From Felis catus (taxonomy: Eukaryota), in assembly GCF_018350175.1 (NCBI RefSeq), contig NC_058368.1, forward strand, positions 174,408,001-174,472,000: DNA of 64,000 nucleotides. Direction: 5' to 3'. The notes under the pieces were generated by a model. The model was not told the DNA's origin and searched no databases. It worked only from the letters and a program-made list of their open reading frames with translations. The number at the start of each line of letters is the position of its first letter. Position 1 is the first letter of the stretch. Below are positions 14,286 to 26,046 of this stretch, piece after piece. Made by a program: the position numbers and the translations under genes.

Positions 14286-14399
14286 GGGAGCACCTGGCTG
14301 GCTTAGTGGGAGGAGCATGGAACCCTTGATCTCAGGATCATCAGTTCGAGACCCATATTGGGGGAGGAAATTACTAAAAAAATAAGTAAAAAAACTTAA
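14286..14399 (+). mobile_element. Short old carnivore SINE (SINEC_b/c-like)
   Basis: gggagcacctggctggcttagtgg...cttgatctcaggatcatcagttcgagaccc...aaattactaaaaaaa. Confidence 0.8.
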
Positions 14400-14504
14400 A
14401 CATTTTTCTATACATTAAGATGTGTTCTTTGTGCTGTTCGAAGGGATTTGAAAATGGCATCATGGCTTGTATCTGGCATCATAGTACCATACACAATCGT
14501 TGTT

Positions 14505-14595
14505 TTATTTTTCCTTTTTTTTTTTACATGTTTTAATATATAATTTATTATCAAATTGGTTTCCATACAACACCCAGTGCTCATCCTAACAGGTG
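14505..14595 (-). mobile_element. 5'-truncated carnivore L1 3' end (~90 bp)
   Basis: polyT then aatttattatcaaattggtttccatacaacacccagtgctcatcc; imperfect TSD cacaat(c/a)gtt. Confidence 0.8.
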
Positions 14596-15588
14596 TCACA
14601 ATAGTTTTAATGCCCTTATGGTTATCTCCTCTATGCTTTACTTATCCAAGCCTCCCCCTGCCAAGCTATTGGTAACCACTAATCTGTTTCTCTCTAGGTT
14701 CACCTTTTCTAGAATATCATATAAATGGAATCATACAGTATCTGGCCGTTTCAGACGGGCTTCTTTCATTTGCTGAAAGATCCTTGGTTGCGTCTAGTTT
14801 GGGGAAATTATGAAAAAAAGGTGCTATAAATTTTTGCATAGAAGTTCATGTGTAGATGTAAGTTTTCAGATCAGTTGGATAAATACCCCGGGATGCAATT
14901 GCTCATAAAATTCATAGAATGAGCTAGGAAATATTTTCTCTCCTTCTGTTTTCTGGAAGAACATGTAGGGAATTGGCATTACTTCTCCTTTAAATATTTA
15001 ATGGAATTTAGTAGCGAAACCATCTGGGCCTAGTGCTTTCTTTTTTGGAAGGTTACTAACTATTGATGTGATTTCTTTAACAGATAAAGGGATTGTCAGG
15101 CTGTGTGAGTTTGCGTCTTTCCAGAAATCGGTCCATTTCATCTCAGTTATCAAACTTGAGGCATAGAATTGTTCATTTATTATGCTTTTAATGTCTGTGG
15201 AATCAGTCGTGATGAACTTTCATTTCTCAGATTGCGATTTGTGTCTTCTCTCCTTTTTTCTTGGTTTATCCATTTTTTGTCAATTTTATTGGCCCTTTCA
15301 AGAATTGCCTTTTGGGTTTCTTGATTTTCTTTAAAGCTTTTCTGTTTTCAATGTCATTGACATTGATTTCTGCTCTCTATTTGTTATTGTTTCTTTCCTT
15401 TTGTTTACTTTAGGCTCATATTACTTATGGTTCTCTAGTTTCTTAAGGTGGAAGCTTAGGATATTGATTTGAGACTTTTCGTTTTTTTTTTTTTTTCCTT
15501 CTTCTTCTGGTATATGCATTTAATGTTATAAATTTCCCCGGGAGAACTGTGTTTGCTGCATCCCACACATTTTGGTAATTGTATTTTC

Positions 15589-15800
15589 TTTTTAATTTTT
15601 TTTAACGTTTATTTATTTTTGAGACAGAGAGAAACAGAGCACAAATGGGGGAGGGGCAAAGAGAGAGGGAGAATCTGAAACAGGGTCCAGGCTCTGAGCT
15701 GTCAGCACAGGGCGCGACGCAGGGCTCGAACTCACGGACGGCGAGATCAGGACCTGAGCCGAAGTCAGCCGCTTAACCGACTGAGCCACCCAGGCGCCCC
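15589..15800 (-). mobile_element. Can-SINE within old L1
   Basis: TSD TAATTGTATTTTC. Confidence 0.95.
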
Positions 15801-16239
15801 TCGATAATTGTATTTTCATTTTCATCTAGTTCGAAATACTTTTAACTATGCTTGAGCCTTTATTGACCCATGCATTCTTTAGAAATGTGCTGTTTAATTT
15901 ACAGATATCTGGGAGCTATCTTTCTGTTCTTGCTTTCTAGTGTAATTGTATTGTGGTCCGAGAGCATACTTTGTTATGTTTCTATTCTTGAAAAATTTTT
16001 AAAGAGGTGTTCTGGTCTATGGGCTAGGAAATAGTCTATCTTCGTGAATGTTCCATGTGAGTTTGAGAAGAATGTGTACTCTGCTCTTGTCTGATGAAGG
16101 ATTCTGTATGTTCTACACATAAAAATAGGCTAAGTGGCATAAACAGACTCAGAACCAGGTCTGTCTGTCCAAGTGCAGTAAGTTTGTGTTATGTTGCACC
16201 TATAAGTCAAGTTTTGCCCTGGAGATTTTTCAGGTTATT

Positions 16240-16445
16240 ATTATTTTTTTTTTAGTTTATTATTTGTTTTGAGAGAGAGAGAGAGAGAGAGAGTGCATGG
16301 ATGGGGCAGAGAGAGAGAGAGAAAGAGAAAGAGAAAGAGAGACAGAGAGCCTGACACGGGGCTCGAACTCACAAACCATGAGATCATGACCTGAGCTGAA
16401 ATCAAGAGCCGGACGCCTAACCAGCTGAGTCCCCCAAGATGCCCC
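16240..16445 (-). mobile_element. Can-SINE (internally shortened, GA-expanded)
   Basis: TSD TTTTCAGG(T/C)TATT. Confidence 0.88.
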
Positions 16446-18254
16446 TTTTTTTCAGGCTATTTGCAAATTTGTCAAAAACCTTAGGACTGATGGCATTGCA
16501 GAGGAGCCAACTGAGGCACATGAAATTAAAATCGCTTGCTTGAGATCTTTCTGCTCGTAGGTGCCGCGTCCCAGGACTGACAGCCCCACTGCTGTGCTTT
16601 CTACCAAACGCCGTCGCCCCAGTTGCTCTGGTTCTGGGATGATTGATTAATTGGAGTTTTATGGAGGAAGAACTCGTCCTCTTTTTCAATCTAGCTGATT
16701 TAATCAGTGTAGGTGGCAGCAAGACTTACACAGGTGAAAAGAAAAAGTCATCTTTAACATGAACAAAAGGAATGTGGGAGGAACCAGGCAAGAATGGATT
16801 AGTAACAGGGTATGGGGCTAAAGAATGTGACATTTCAAGTCAAGGGCAATTAGAAAAGAAGTTTTAGTTCCAAAGAAAATTAAGTAGTCTGAGGAAGAGG
16901 GAAGAGAACTGAAGTTTATTGGTGTCTATGTGTCGGGCACTGCTCTGGGCACCTTTGCGTCCATCTCCTCCCGTAACGATCAGAACAAGCCTATGAAAGG
17001 TACCCACAGCCTGTAGAGTCTCCCTCCCACTGCATAATAATGCTTTCCAGGGAAGAAGGGGAGGATCTCGGAAAACAAGGTGGTGGAAAATTTGGAAAAG
17101 AATACAGGATGGTGACTGGGCATCTCAGATTGGGGGACATGTGCCATTATCAGTCTTTCGGAAGACAGGGATCAAAAGAACGGCCATCCCAACAACCAAT
17201 TATCATGGGGCAGGATGTAGATGGGCTGGGTCTGGGGGGAGGGAGGGACTTCTTCTAGACCAGACAGGGGCGTGAGCAGAGGCCAAGCCGGGGTTCTGGT
17301 GGTGGGATGAGCCCCTTGGCCTTGTGAAGAACCAACCATTGGGCCCAATGATCTGACTCACCTGCTTCTTTGTGTAAACTCCCCTGAGAATTTAGAGGAG
17401 GACTAGTGCTACGCAGAGCACGTGGCGTGATACTTGGATTTTTCTAACACAGACTTCTTGGATCATGGATAATGCATGGAAGTGTGCACACATGTGGTAT
17501 ATGTAGAGAGAAATGTGTCCCCAAGAAGCTTTGCTCAGGACAGTAGAGGATTGTTGCTACCATCTAGCTGACTCATAACACTTGGGAAGAGGGGATTCTT
17601 TATGCCCCATTCTTGCTTCCCTCCTTCTTGTGCATCTAGAGAAAGCAGTAGAGGCCGTGGGGATGCCTGTCCCAGGTAGAGATGACCCTGACGTCAGGAA
17701 GCCTGTGTCAGATTTACAGTAGTGTGGCCCCGTCAGCTACAAAAGCTAGACAGCCACAGTTAGGCCAACTGTTAAGCCAAGCAGGGATTTTTGTTTTCTG
17801 ACCTTTTGATGATGGCTACCAGACCTGTCTCCTGAGGCTGAACTGACTTCCTGCTGGGTCATCCTGGGAGGGAGGAAAGATACTCCTTGAGAAGTAGGAT
17901 GAGAGGTTGGCCCAGTTTCACCTGAATATTGGGAAAAATAGGTATGTCTCAAGCTAGTGAAGTGGGATGTGTCAGCTGTAGATAGAACTAGTCAATTTGC
18001 CTTGGATGAGGATTGATAAATGTCTCATGAGTAATCCTTCGCTGTTGGGGTGTAGTAGATGTAGAAGGTAAATGTATTCTGGATACTGAAAATAAAAGGT
18101 GTACGTTTTGTGTTAAAACCTGTCAGAATCCTTTTATGCCCCTCTAGCACCTAGTACAGTATTCAGTCTGCATTTCAACCTGGTATTATTATAAAGATTT
18201 TGGCAGTTTCACCAGGAGGAGGCAAAGAGAATAATCTCCGTATATGTTTGTTGA

Positions 18255-19405
18255 TGGGTGGGTGACTGGGTTGATGGATGGATATATGGATGGGGGGGTG
18301 GTGAGTGGATGGGTGGGTGGGTGGATAGATAGATCTATGGATGGGGGGGTGAGTGGTTGGATGAGTGGGTGGATAGATGGATATATGGATGGGGTGAGCA
18401 GATGGATGGGTGGGTGAGTGGATGGGTGGGTGGGTGGATAGATAGATCTATGGATGTGGGGTGAGTGGATGGGTGGGTGGATATATGGATGGGGGTTTAG
18501 TGGATGGGTGGGTGGGTGGTTAGATGGATCTGTGGATGGGGGGTGAGTGGTTGGATGAGTGGGTGGATAGATGGATATATGGATGGGGTGAGCAGATGGA
18601 TGGGTGGGTGAGTGGATGGGTGGGTGGATATACGGATGGGGGTTGAGTGGATGGGCGGGTGGGTGGTTAGATGGATCTGTGAATGGGGGGTGAGTGGTTG
18701 GATGAGTGGGTGGATAGATGGATATATGGATGGGGTGAGCAGATGGATGGGTGGGTGAGTGGATGGGTGGGTGGGTGGATAGATAGATCTATGGATGTGG
18801 GGTGAGTGGATGGGTGGGTGGATATATGGATGGGGGTTTAGTGGATGGGTGGGTGGGTGGTTAGATGGATCTGTGGATGGGGGGTGAGTGGTTGGATGAG
18901 TGGGTGGATAGATGGATATATGGATGGGGGTGAGCGGATGGTTGGGTGGGTGAGTGGATGGGTGGGTGGGTGGATAGATAGATCTATGGATGTGGGGTGA
19001 GTGGATGGGTGGGTGGATATATGGATGGGGGTTGAGTGGATGGGCGGGTGGGTGGTTAGATGGATCTGTGGATGGGGGTGAGTGGTTGGATGAGTGGGTG
19101 GATAGATGGATATATGGATGGGGTGAGCAGATGGATGGGTGGGTGAGTGGATGGGTGGGTGGATATACGGATGGGGGTTGAGTGGATGGGCGGGTGGGTG
19201 GTTAGATGGATCTGTGAATGGGGGGTGAGTGGTTGGATGAGTGGGTGGATAGATGGATATATGGATGGGGGTGAGCGGATGGTTGGGTGGGTGAGTGGAT
19301 GGGTGGGTGGGTGGATAGATAGATCTATGGATGTGGGGTGAGTGGATGGGTGGGTGGATATATGGATGGGGGTTGAGTGGATGGGCGGGTGGGTGAGTGG
19401 CTAGA
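18255..19405. repeat. G-rich (GGAT/GGGT)-based minisatellite with 194- and 147-bp higher-order units
   Basis: Marker GTGAGTGGTTGGATGAGTGGG recurs at 18349, 18543, 18690, 18884, 19078 and 19225. Confidence 0.95.
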
Positions 19406-19645
19406 TTGATTCAGGGAACCATGTTACTAGAATGCTGAGACTCAGAGGCAATAGCAGAATTGAACAAGACCAAACTCTTGTGTGTCTGGTTGTCAGCAGC
19501 CTTTCACTACTGTCCTATGGTGATGGCACTTCTGAATTTCTACTTGTGGGACACGATTCAGCTAGAGCATGAATCTTGCAGGCAAATGTGGGTACAGAGC
19601 CCAGCGGCTAAAAAATGAATTAAGCTGGGCTGAATTCAACTTTTC

Positions 19646-19859
19646 TTTTTTTTTTTTTAATTTTTTTTTTCAACGTTTATTTATTTTTGGGACAGAGAGA
19701 GACAGAGCATGAACGGGGGAGGGGCAGAGAGAGAGGGAGACACAGAATCGGAAACAGGCCATCAGCCCAGAGCCTGACGCGGGGCTCGAACTTCCGGACC
19801 GCGAGATCGTGACCTGTTTGAAGTCGGACGCTTAACCGACTGCGCCACCCAGGGGCCCC
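19646..19859 (-). mobile_element. Young felid Can-SINE with 14-bp internal deletion
   Basis: TSD TGAATTCAACTTTTC at 19631 and 19860. Confidence 0.96.
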
Positions 19860-19994
19860 TGAATTCAACTTTTCCAGAGGCTTCCCCAGCCATAGTCGCT
19901 TTGTTGCTCTGAGCCTCAGTTTCCCCATCCCCCAGAAGAGGACAAGAACCCCTCAACCACAGGATGGATGTGAGGCTTTGATAAGGCAGTAGTA

Positions 19995-20225
19995 ATAATT
20001 ACTCTGGGTACTTACAGAGAGGCTCTCACTGTGTGCCGGGAACTGTTTCAAGTGCTCGACATGTCCTGCCTGGCAATGATCCGACGAGGTAGGTACTGTG
20101 CACCCTCATTTTACAGAGGAGACACTGAGGCATAGAGAGGCTAAGAGACTTGGCCAAGGCCTCCAGCCAGTAAGGCAGATGTGGGCTTCAAACCCAGACA
20201 GGCGGGTTCCTGAGCGTGCACATTT
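19995..20225 (-). mobile_element. MIR
   Basis: ...ccctcattttacagaggagacactgaggcatagagaggctaagagacttggccaagg... Confidence 0.8.
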
Positions 20226-20601
20226 AGCCCTTTTGCTATGCATCCTCTCAAACGTGTGCAGTGCTGAGCACAGCCCCTGGCATGTGGTGAGTCTGAAGGA
20301 AGGGGTAATCCCTTTCTTCTTGGTTCATTAGTTGCTCTGAAATGGCAGTGGTGGCCTGTCCCCCATGGCCAGCACTGACAGGAGACTCGAGCGGCAGCTG
20401 GTGAATCTGTCTTGGCCAGCCAGGCAAAGCCCCTCAACCGTGACTTTTCTTTTTTCTGCTTTTAGCTTGATCCTTAAAAAGTGAAAGGCGTAGATTTCAA
20501 GATCATTATGAATACAATCAATATGCCTCACCTCAGTCCAGGCCTTGTTAAGGAGCAAGGAACACATCCGCTTCCAAAAGCATTTTAAGACAGTTCTGGA
20601 T

Positions 20602-20817
20602 GGGGCGCATGGGTGGCTCGGTCGGTTAAGCGTCCGACTTCAGCTCAGATCATGATCTCACAGCCTGTGAGTTCGAGCCCCGTGTCGGGCTCTGTGCTGA
20701 CAGCTCGGATCCTGGAGCCTGCTTCGGATTCTGTGTCTCCCTCTCTCTCTGCCCCTCCCCTGTTCATGCTCTGCCTCTCTCTGTCTCAAAAATAAATAAA
20801 CGTTAAAAAAAAAATTA
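20602..20817 (+). mobile_element. Can-SINE
   Basis: TSD AAGACAGTTCTG. Confidence 0.96.
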
Positions 20818-21344
20818 AAGACAGTTCTGTGAACTCTTCTGCAGTTTGGGTGCACAGACACTTTCGAACAAAGTCATAAGGAAATTTCTTTTTCAAGCGT
20901 GTCAAGGGTTACGTTCAGTAGTAGTAGTCAGTAATAGTATATCTTGTGTGTGTGTGGGAGAGATACATGGGGCAGTGGTCAACTTTAGATTCGCTGCTAC
21001 TGTAAGTGCAGTGGATATATTATAATGAGATTAGTCATTCAGAACCGGAAATCAAAGATGCATATCAATCCAGGCGGGACTGAAGCTCCTAGGAAGCAAG
21101 GGGGCAGGGTATCCGAATGGTTAGGACCATTGTCTTAGAAGTCTGGATACAAACCTTGCTTCCCTTCCTCGCTGTGTGACCCTAGGCTAGTCACTGTCCC
21201 TCTCCAAACCCTACCCTCTCCTCCTGGAACATGGCAATGGTTTCGTGGGGAGTTGCTGTGATGATCAAACAGGATACTGTTATGTTACTATGAATCAGAA
21301 ATGCTGGAGAAACAGAAGGAATAGCAGTCATTTCTGGAAGGCAC

Positions 21345-21560
21345 CGGTGTCCGGAGTCAGGTTAGATCCAGTTTGAGTTCCTGCTCCGGCACTCTCTTGC
21401 CGAGCCTTGGTTTTCTCATCCTCAAAACCCAGATGGTGATCCTCACAGAACAGCGTATTTTTTTTTTTTTTAAAGATTCAATGAGATTAATAAAATGCAT
21501 AAAACGTTTGGCACAGTACACGGTGCACAGGAAATGCTCGGTAAGTGTTAGCAGTTATAA
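21345..21560 (+). mobile_element. MIR
   Basis: ggagtcag...gagttcctgctcc...gagccttggttttctcatcctcaaaa...gtaagtgttagc. Confidence 0.65.
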
Positions 21561-21661
21561 ATGGATTATGACCGCTGCCTCAGAAAGGATGCAGTGCAAG
21601 GAAAGAAATAAAAAAGAGATTCAAACTTTGATCGCTCCCCTGAGTGTTCTATTTATTTCCT

Positions 21662-21663
<2 letters not shown>

Positions 21664-21696
<33 letters not shown>
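21664..21696. repeat. (TG)n microsatellite
   Basis: About 16 TG units followed by (ACGC)n; potential Z-DNA. Confidence 0.95.
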
Positions 21697-21699
<3 letters not shown>

Positions 21700-22544
21700 C
21701 ACGCACGCACGCGCCTTAGCATGGCTAATGACACCGAAGACATGGTGAGAACCGGATGTGTCCCAGAATCATTTGCAACAACTGAAAACACCAGGAAGCG
21801 AGTCCCCTCTTCTGGAGGCCACGCCCACTCTCGGCCACCTCCGTTTCAGCCTGCCTGCTAGATGGACCCTGACTCTGCTGTAATCTGTCACTCTACCAGT
21901 GTAAGTCGTGCTGCCGTCCCCTGCAGTTCCCACTGGCTGCGTGTCCTTGTAGACTGGCTCTGCAGGGGAATGTCAGAGAGCTCCTGGACGCACCTCTTTC
22001 TTCCACTCAAGGGACACTCACTAGAATGCGCATCTCACCCAGAGTAGGCATATCGTCCTCACGTGCGTCTGCCTGCCTGACTCCCGGCTCCTAATGGTCT
22101 GTAGCTGCCACCCCACGATCACACCCACTGTTTACACACCCCTGTCTGATCATGGCCACTCCCCAGCCCAGCCCCTTTCACAGGATCCCCGTCACTCTCC
22201 AGGGAGAGTCCTGGCGGCGGCACAGTTAACAGACTTTTTCTGAGTTGTCCTCAACTTGCCTCTTCAGCCCTAGTCCTGCAGGCCCTGTCAGCTGTAATTA
22301 TCTGTGCAGGCATTTATGTATCCCACTCCCTAAAAAAGACCAATTTAGACTTAGAAGAAATAAACAATTTTCCAGGGAAGTGTGATTTTTCAAATCTTAT
22401 CTTAGAAGAGATTAAAGTCTAAATAAACTGAATATAAAGTTTTGAAAGAGCTATCATCCCTTCCATGGGGGTGGGGGTGGGGGGGAAGCTATGAAGTTTC
22501 TAGAGGAATTTTTACCAAACTATTTAAGAACAGATACTCTTTAG

Positions 22545-23200
22545 GGGGAGGATCTGGTAGACACCACATTCATCAATGATCGAAGTTAGCATGACTTGTT
22601 AACAGACGATTCATGTGTCTCCAGATACCATGCACTAAAAAGGACATAACCGCCCCTCCGTGGCATTTCTCACACAAAATGCGCAACTTGAATCTAGTCA
22701 CGAGGAAGCATCGGACAAACTCCGGTGGAGGATATTACGCAAAAGAAATAGCCTGCACGCGTCAAAATGTCAGGCTTGTCGAGGACAAAGACTGAGGAAT
22801 TGCTCCAGATTAAAGGGGACTCAAGAGAGGTGACAGCTAAGTGCATGTGTGATGCTGGGCTGGCACTAACTAGAAAACAGTATTTCTATGAAAGACACTT
22901 GAGAAAACTGATAACACTTGAATAAGGCCTGTGGATTAGATGTTAGCACTGTATTAGTGTTAATTTCCTGGTTTTGACGATTGTATCGTGATCGTTGTAA
23001 GAATGTACCTTTGTGTTTAGAAAACACACACCGAAGTATCCAGGGCTAGAGGGATATATCTATACTTTAGTCTCAAAAGATTCAGAAAAAAAATGATATA
23101 TGCATTTCGGGAATCTGGGCTTATGGTAAAGTCATATTCTTTTTTGTTTTTGTTTTTTTACAATTTTTCTATAAATCCGTAATTCTTTAAAGCAGAAGGC
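22545..23200 (+). mobile_element. Ancient L1 (L1MC-like) 3'UTR fragment
   Basis: ...ggattagatgttagcactgtattagtgttaatttcctggttttgacgattgtatcgtg...agaaaacacacaccgaagtatccagggc. Confidence 0.7.
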
Positions 23201-23555
23201 TACATAAATAATGGATCGTTCTGATTTTATTTGAGCTAACTAACCTAGAGCAAAGAAAAAGGAAAAGAATCACGTTTTCCATTTTTTAATGCAATAACAT
23301 TAGTAAAGATGATAAAAATTGAGACAAAAAGAAAACCACAATGGCACTTATGAATAATAATACAAAATTCTGAAGTATTAGAAGCCATACTGCAACATCT
23401 AGTTAAAAGTGAAAGACTTAAAAAAAAAAAAGACCTCTCAGAAATGAAAGAAAACATAAACAATATGATAGGACCAAGTAGAGTTTATTTCAGGAATTCA
23501 AGGGTGAGTTCATATCAGAAAATGATTAAAATTAATGACTTAAAGAGAAAAATCA

Positions 23556-23772
23556 GGGAGTGCCTGGGTGGCTCAGGTGGTTAAGCAGGTCATGACTTCG
23601 GCTCAGGTCGGTGATCTCACAGTTTGTGAGTTCAAGCCCCGAGATGGGCTCTCTGCTGTCAGCACCAGAGCCTGCTTCGGACCCTTGTCCCCACTTCTCT
23701 CTGCCCCTCCCCTGCTCACACGCTCTCTCTCTTTCTCTCAAAGATAAATACACATTAAAAAAAAAAAAAAAA
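23556..23772 (+). mobile_element. Can-SINE
   Basis: TSD AAGAGAAAAATCA. Confidence 0.93.
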
Positions 23773-24414
23773 CCCTTTCAAGAGAAAAATCACGTGATCA
23801 CCTCTCTGCTGAAAGGCCTTTGCCGAAATCCAATGCTTAATAATAAAATAGGAATTCACCAATTCTTCCTTAACGTGATAAAAATATATTTATCTCAGTT
23901 CCCAAGCCAGTATTATGCTGAATGGGGTAATGCTTCCAGCATGCCGACGTAAGTGAAAGGGAAGGCTACCCTTCACCGCATGTTGATTACACCCTTGATG
24001 CTCTCCATGCAAGACTTAATTTGTCTCCATTTTAGTGAATTAATTTCTGTTCTTTATTATTTCCTTTCTTCTATTTCATTTGGGTTTAACTTGCTCTTCT
24101 TTTTCTAACTTCCTGTGACGGATTCTTAGAGGAGGGTCTCCCAGACTTTCTTCTGTTTAAATATAGGCATTTAAAGCTACGTATTTGCTTCTGAGCACTG
24201 TTTGAGCTGTGGCTCACGACCAAGTAATATTTTCCTTAGCATTTAGCTCAAGGTGGTTTCTTATTTCAATATGCTGTAAAGCAAAATCAAATGCCCAAGA
24301 TATATTTGTGTAAGTTTTGATTTCGTGTTTTAAGCAAACAATTTCCACTGCCAATTGCTTTGAATAAGGTAGGAAACTTGAACACCTCTCTGTCAGTAAG
24401 AGAATAAACAAAGC

Positions 24415-24600
24415 GCAAACTAGGGCCACTTGTAAAGTGTTGTTGGAACACAGCCCCACCGTCTGTTTACCGATTGTCCCTGGCTACTTCTGTGCGATGT
24501 TGACTAGGATGAGTAGTTGTGACAGAAGCCAGGTGGCCTGCAAAGTCTAAAATACTTACTATCTGGCTCTCTATACAGTTCACGAACTCCTGCTGTAGAT
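24415..24600. mobile_element. MER58-like hAT-Charlie MITE
   Basis: ...agtagttgtgacagaagcc...ggcctgcaaagtctaaaatacttactatctggc; homologous to the copy at 57118. Confidence 0.7.
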
Positions 24601-25129
24601 CAGGAGCTACTTAGGGCAAAGGTCAGGTCTCCTGGAGCCCTGTCCCCAGGCTAATGGCTAATAATCTAATGACTAATGACTAGTAATGGCTAAAGCCTAG
24701 TAATCAGTGAGTGTTGGGGGATGAGGGGTGGGCCTGCATGGTGGGAAAAACAGCAAGTCGTTGACTTGCCCACAAAAGTGCAGGCCGCAGCTCAAGTTCA
24801 AATCCAGCCACGCTCCCCTCTTGCTCCTTTCTGCCACGCAGTATTTTGATAAGACGTGACCTTTTCTCATGTGGCTCAGCTGATTTAAAAATGAATTATC
24901 TAAGTACTGCTACCCTCTGGGAATCCTGAGTGGTGCTGGGGAGAAAAAAAAAAAAAGTCCCCGGCTTAGTGTCGATTTTCAGAAAGTGGAAGCATTTGCT
25001 TCATAATGAAAAATTCCGATGCTGTAGACGCATCTGGGGACCTTCCAATGCTGGCTTTTGTTGCGATCTTGTTATGAAGCACTCATTACTGGGCTTTTTT
25101 AGACCTATAAACTTTACGGCACCGTGAAT

Positions 25130-25350
25130 CACAAAGTAGCAGCTAATAGGAGTTGAGCACTTGCTGTATTGTGGGTATTATCTAGCGGCTGATATGCATT
25201 AGAAGAATATCACGAGGTAGTTCTGGTTCACCCTCATTTTATGATTTGGAAAACTGAGGCTCCCAGGGGGAAGGGACTTGGTCAAGGTCACGTGGCTGCC
25301 CAGTGGGGGAGCAGGGCTTGACAAGCTTTGTTAGGCTGCAAATCCAATGT
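25130..25350 (-). mobile_element. MIR
   Basis: ccctcattttatg...gaaaactgaggctcc...gacttggtcaaggtcac. Confidence 0.7.
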
Positions 25351-25824
25351 TCTCTCTATTTAATCAGGAGATGAGTAGTGATAATAATAATGGAGTCGGC
25401 GTGTTTTTCGGAAGCCAGATTCCACAGACCAGGCTCCTTTTGAATGAACAAAGAGCGTAAGGAGGTTTCCCCAAACTAGGAAATGAGATTCCCAGGTTTT
25501 AATGACGTTCAAGGGAAATGGGGTTGCTTTCAGGGCAGAACTCATGCACGAGAGTCCCCCTTGAAGCTCTGGTCTTCGCGCCATCTGTCCAGTCCACATG
25601 TCACCTGGCTGTCTTGCTTGCCTCCCTCTCTGTTCTGTCTCCTTGCCCAGCACAGCCTGATCATTACCCTGACTCTTCCAAGCTCCCTCCCAGTTATCTT
25701 TCCACTCCCTCCCTCCCTTCTATTCCCAGGGCTACTGCCCTAGCTCAGGAACTAACCCCGCTCTCCACCCCCACCACCCGAAGCACTTTGAAAGTTCTAT
25801 CCCGTAGAAAGCCATCAATTCCTT

Positions 25825-26046
25825 GGGGCGCCTGGGTGGTTCAGTCGGTTAAGCGTCCGACTTCAGCTCAGGTCACGATCTCGCGGTCCGTGGGTTCGAG
25901 CCCCGCGTCGGGCTCTGGGCTGACGGCTCGGAGCCTGGAGTCTGCTTCCGATTTTGTGTCTCCCTCTCTCTCTGACCTTCCCCCGTTCATGCTCTGTCTC
26001 TCTCTGTCTCAAAAATAAACGTTAAAAAAATAATAATAATAAAAAA
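25825..26046 (+). mobile_element. Felid Can-SINE
   Basis: TSD AGAAAGCCATCAATTCC at 25806 and 26047. Confidence 0.97.

Larger units (their letters stand above)
13730..16110 (-). mobile_element. Fragmented ancient L1 (L1M type), interrupted by SINEs and a short young L1
   Basis: Antisense L1 3'UTR-like (ttattttaaaatagttttcgatttatagagaaattgcag) and ORF2-like (gaaaccatctgggcc; gtgaatgttccatgtgagtttgagaagaatgtgtactctg) segments. Confidence 0.7.

Noticed and set aside
18255..19405. Repeat array as CRISPR-like or coding (Trp/Gly-rich ORFs)
   Set aside because: Eukaryotic minisatellite with no unique spacers; the ORFs are translations of the repeat
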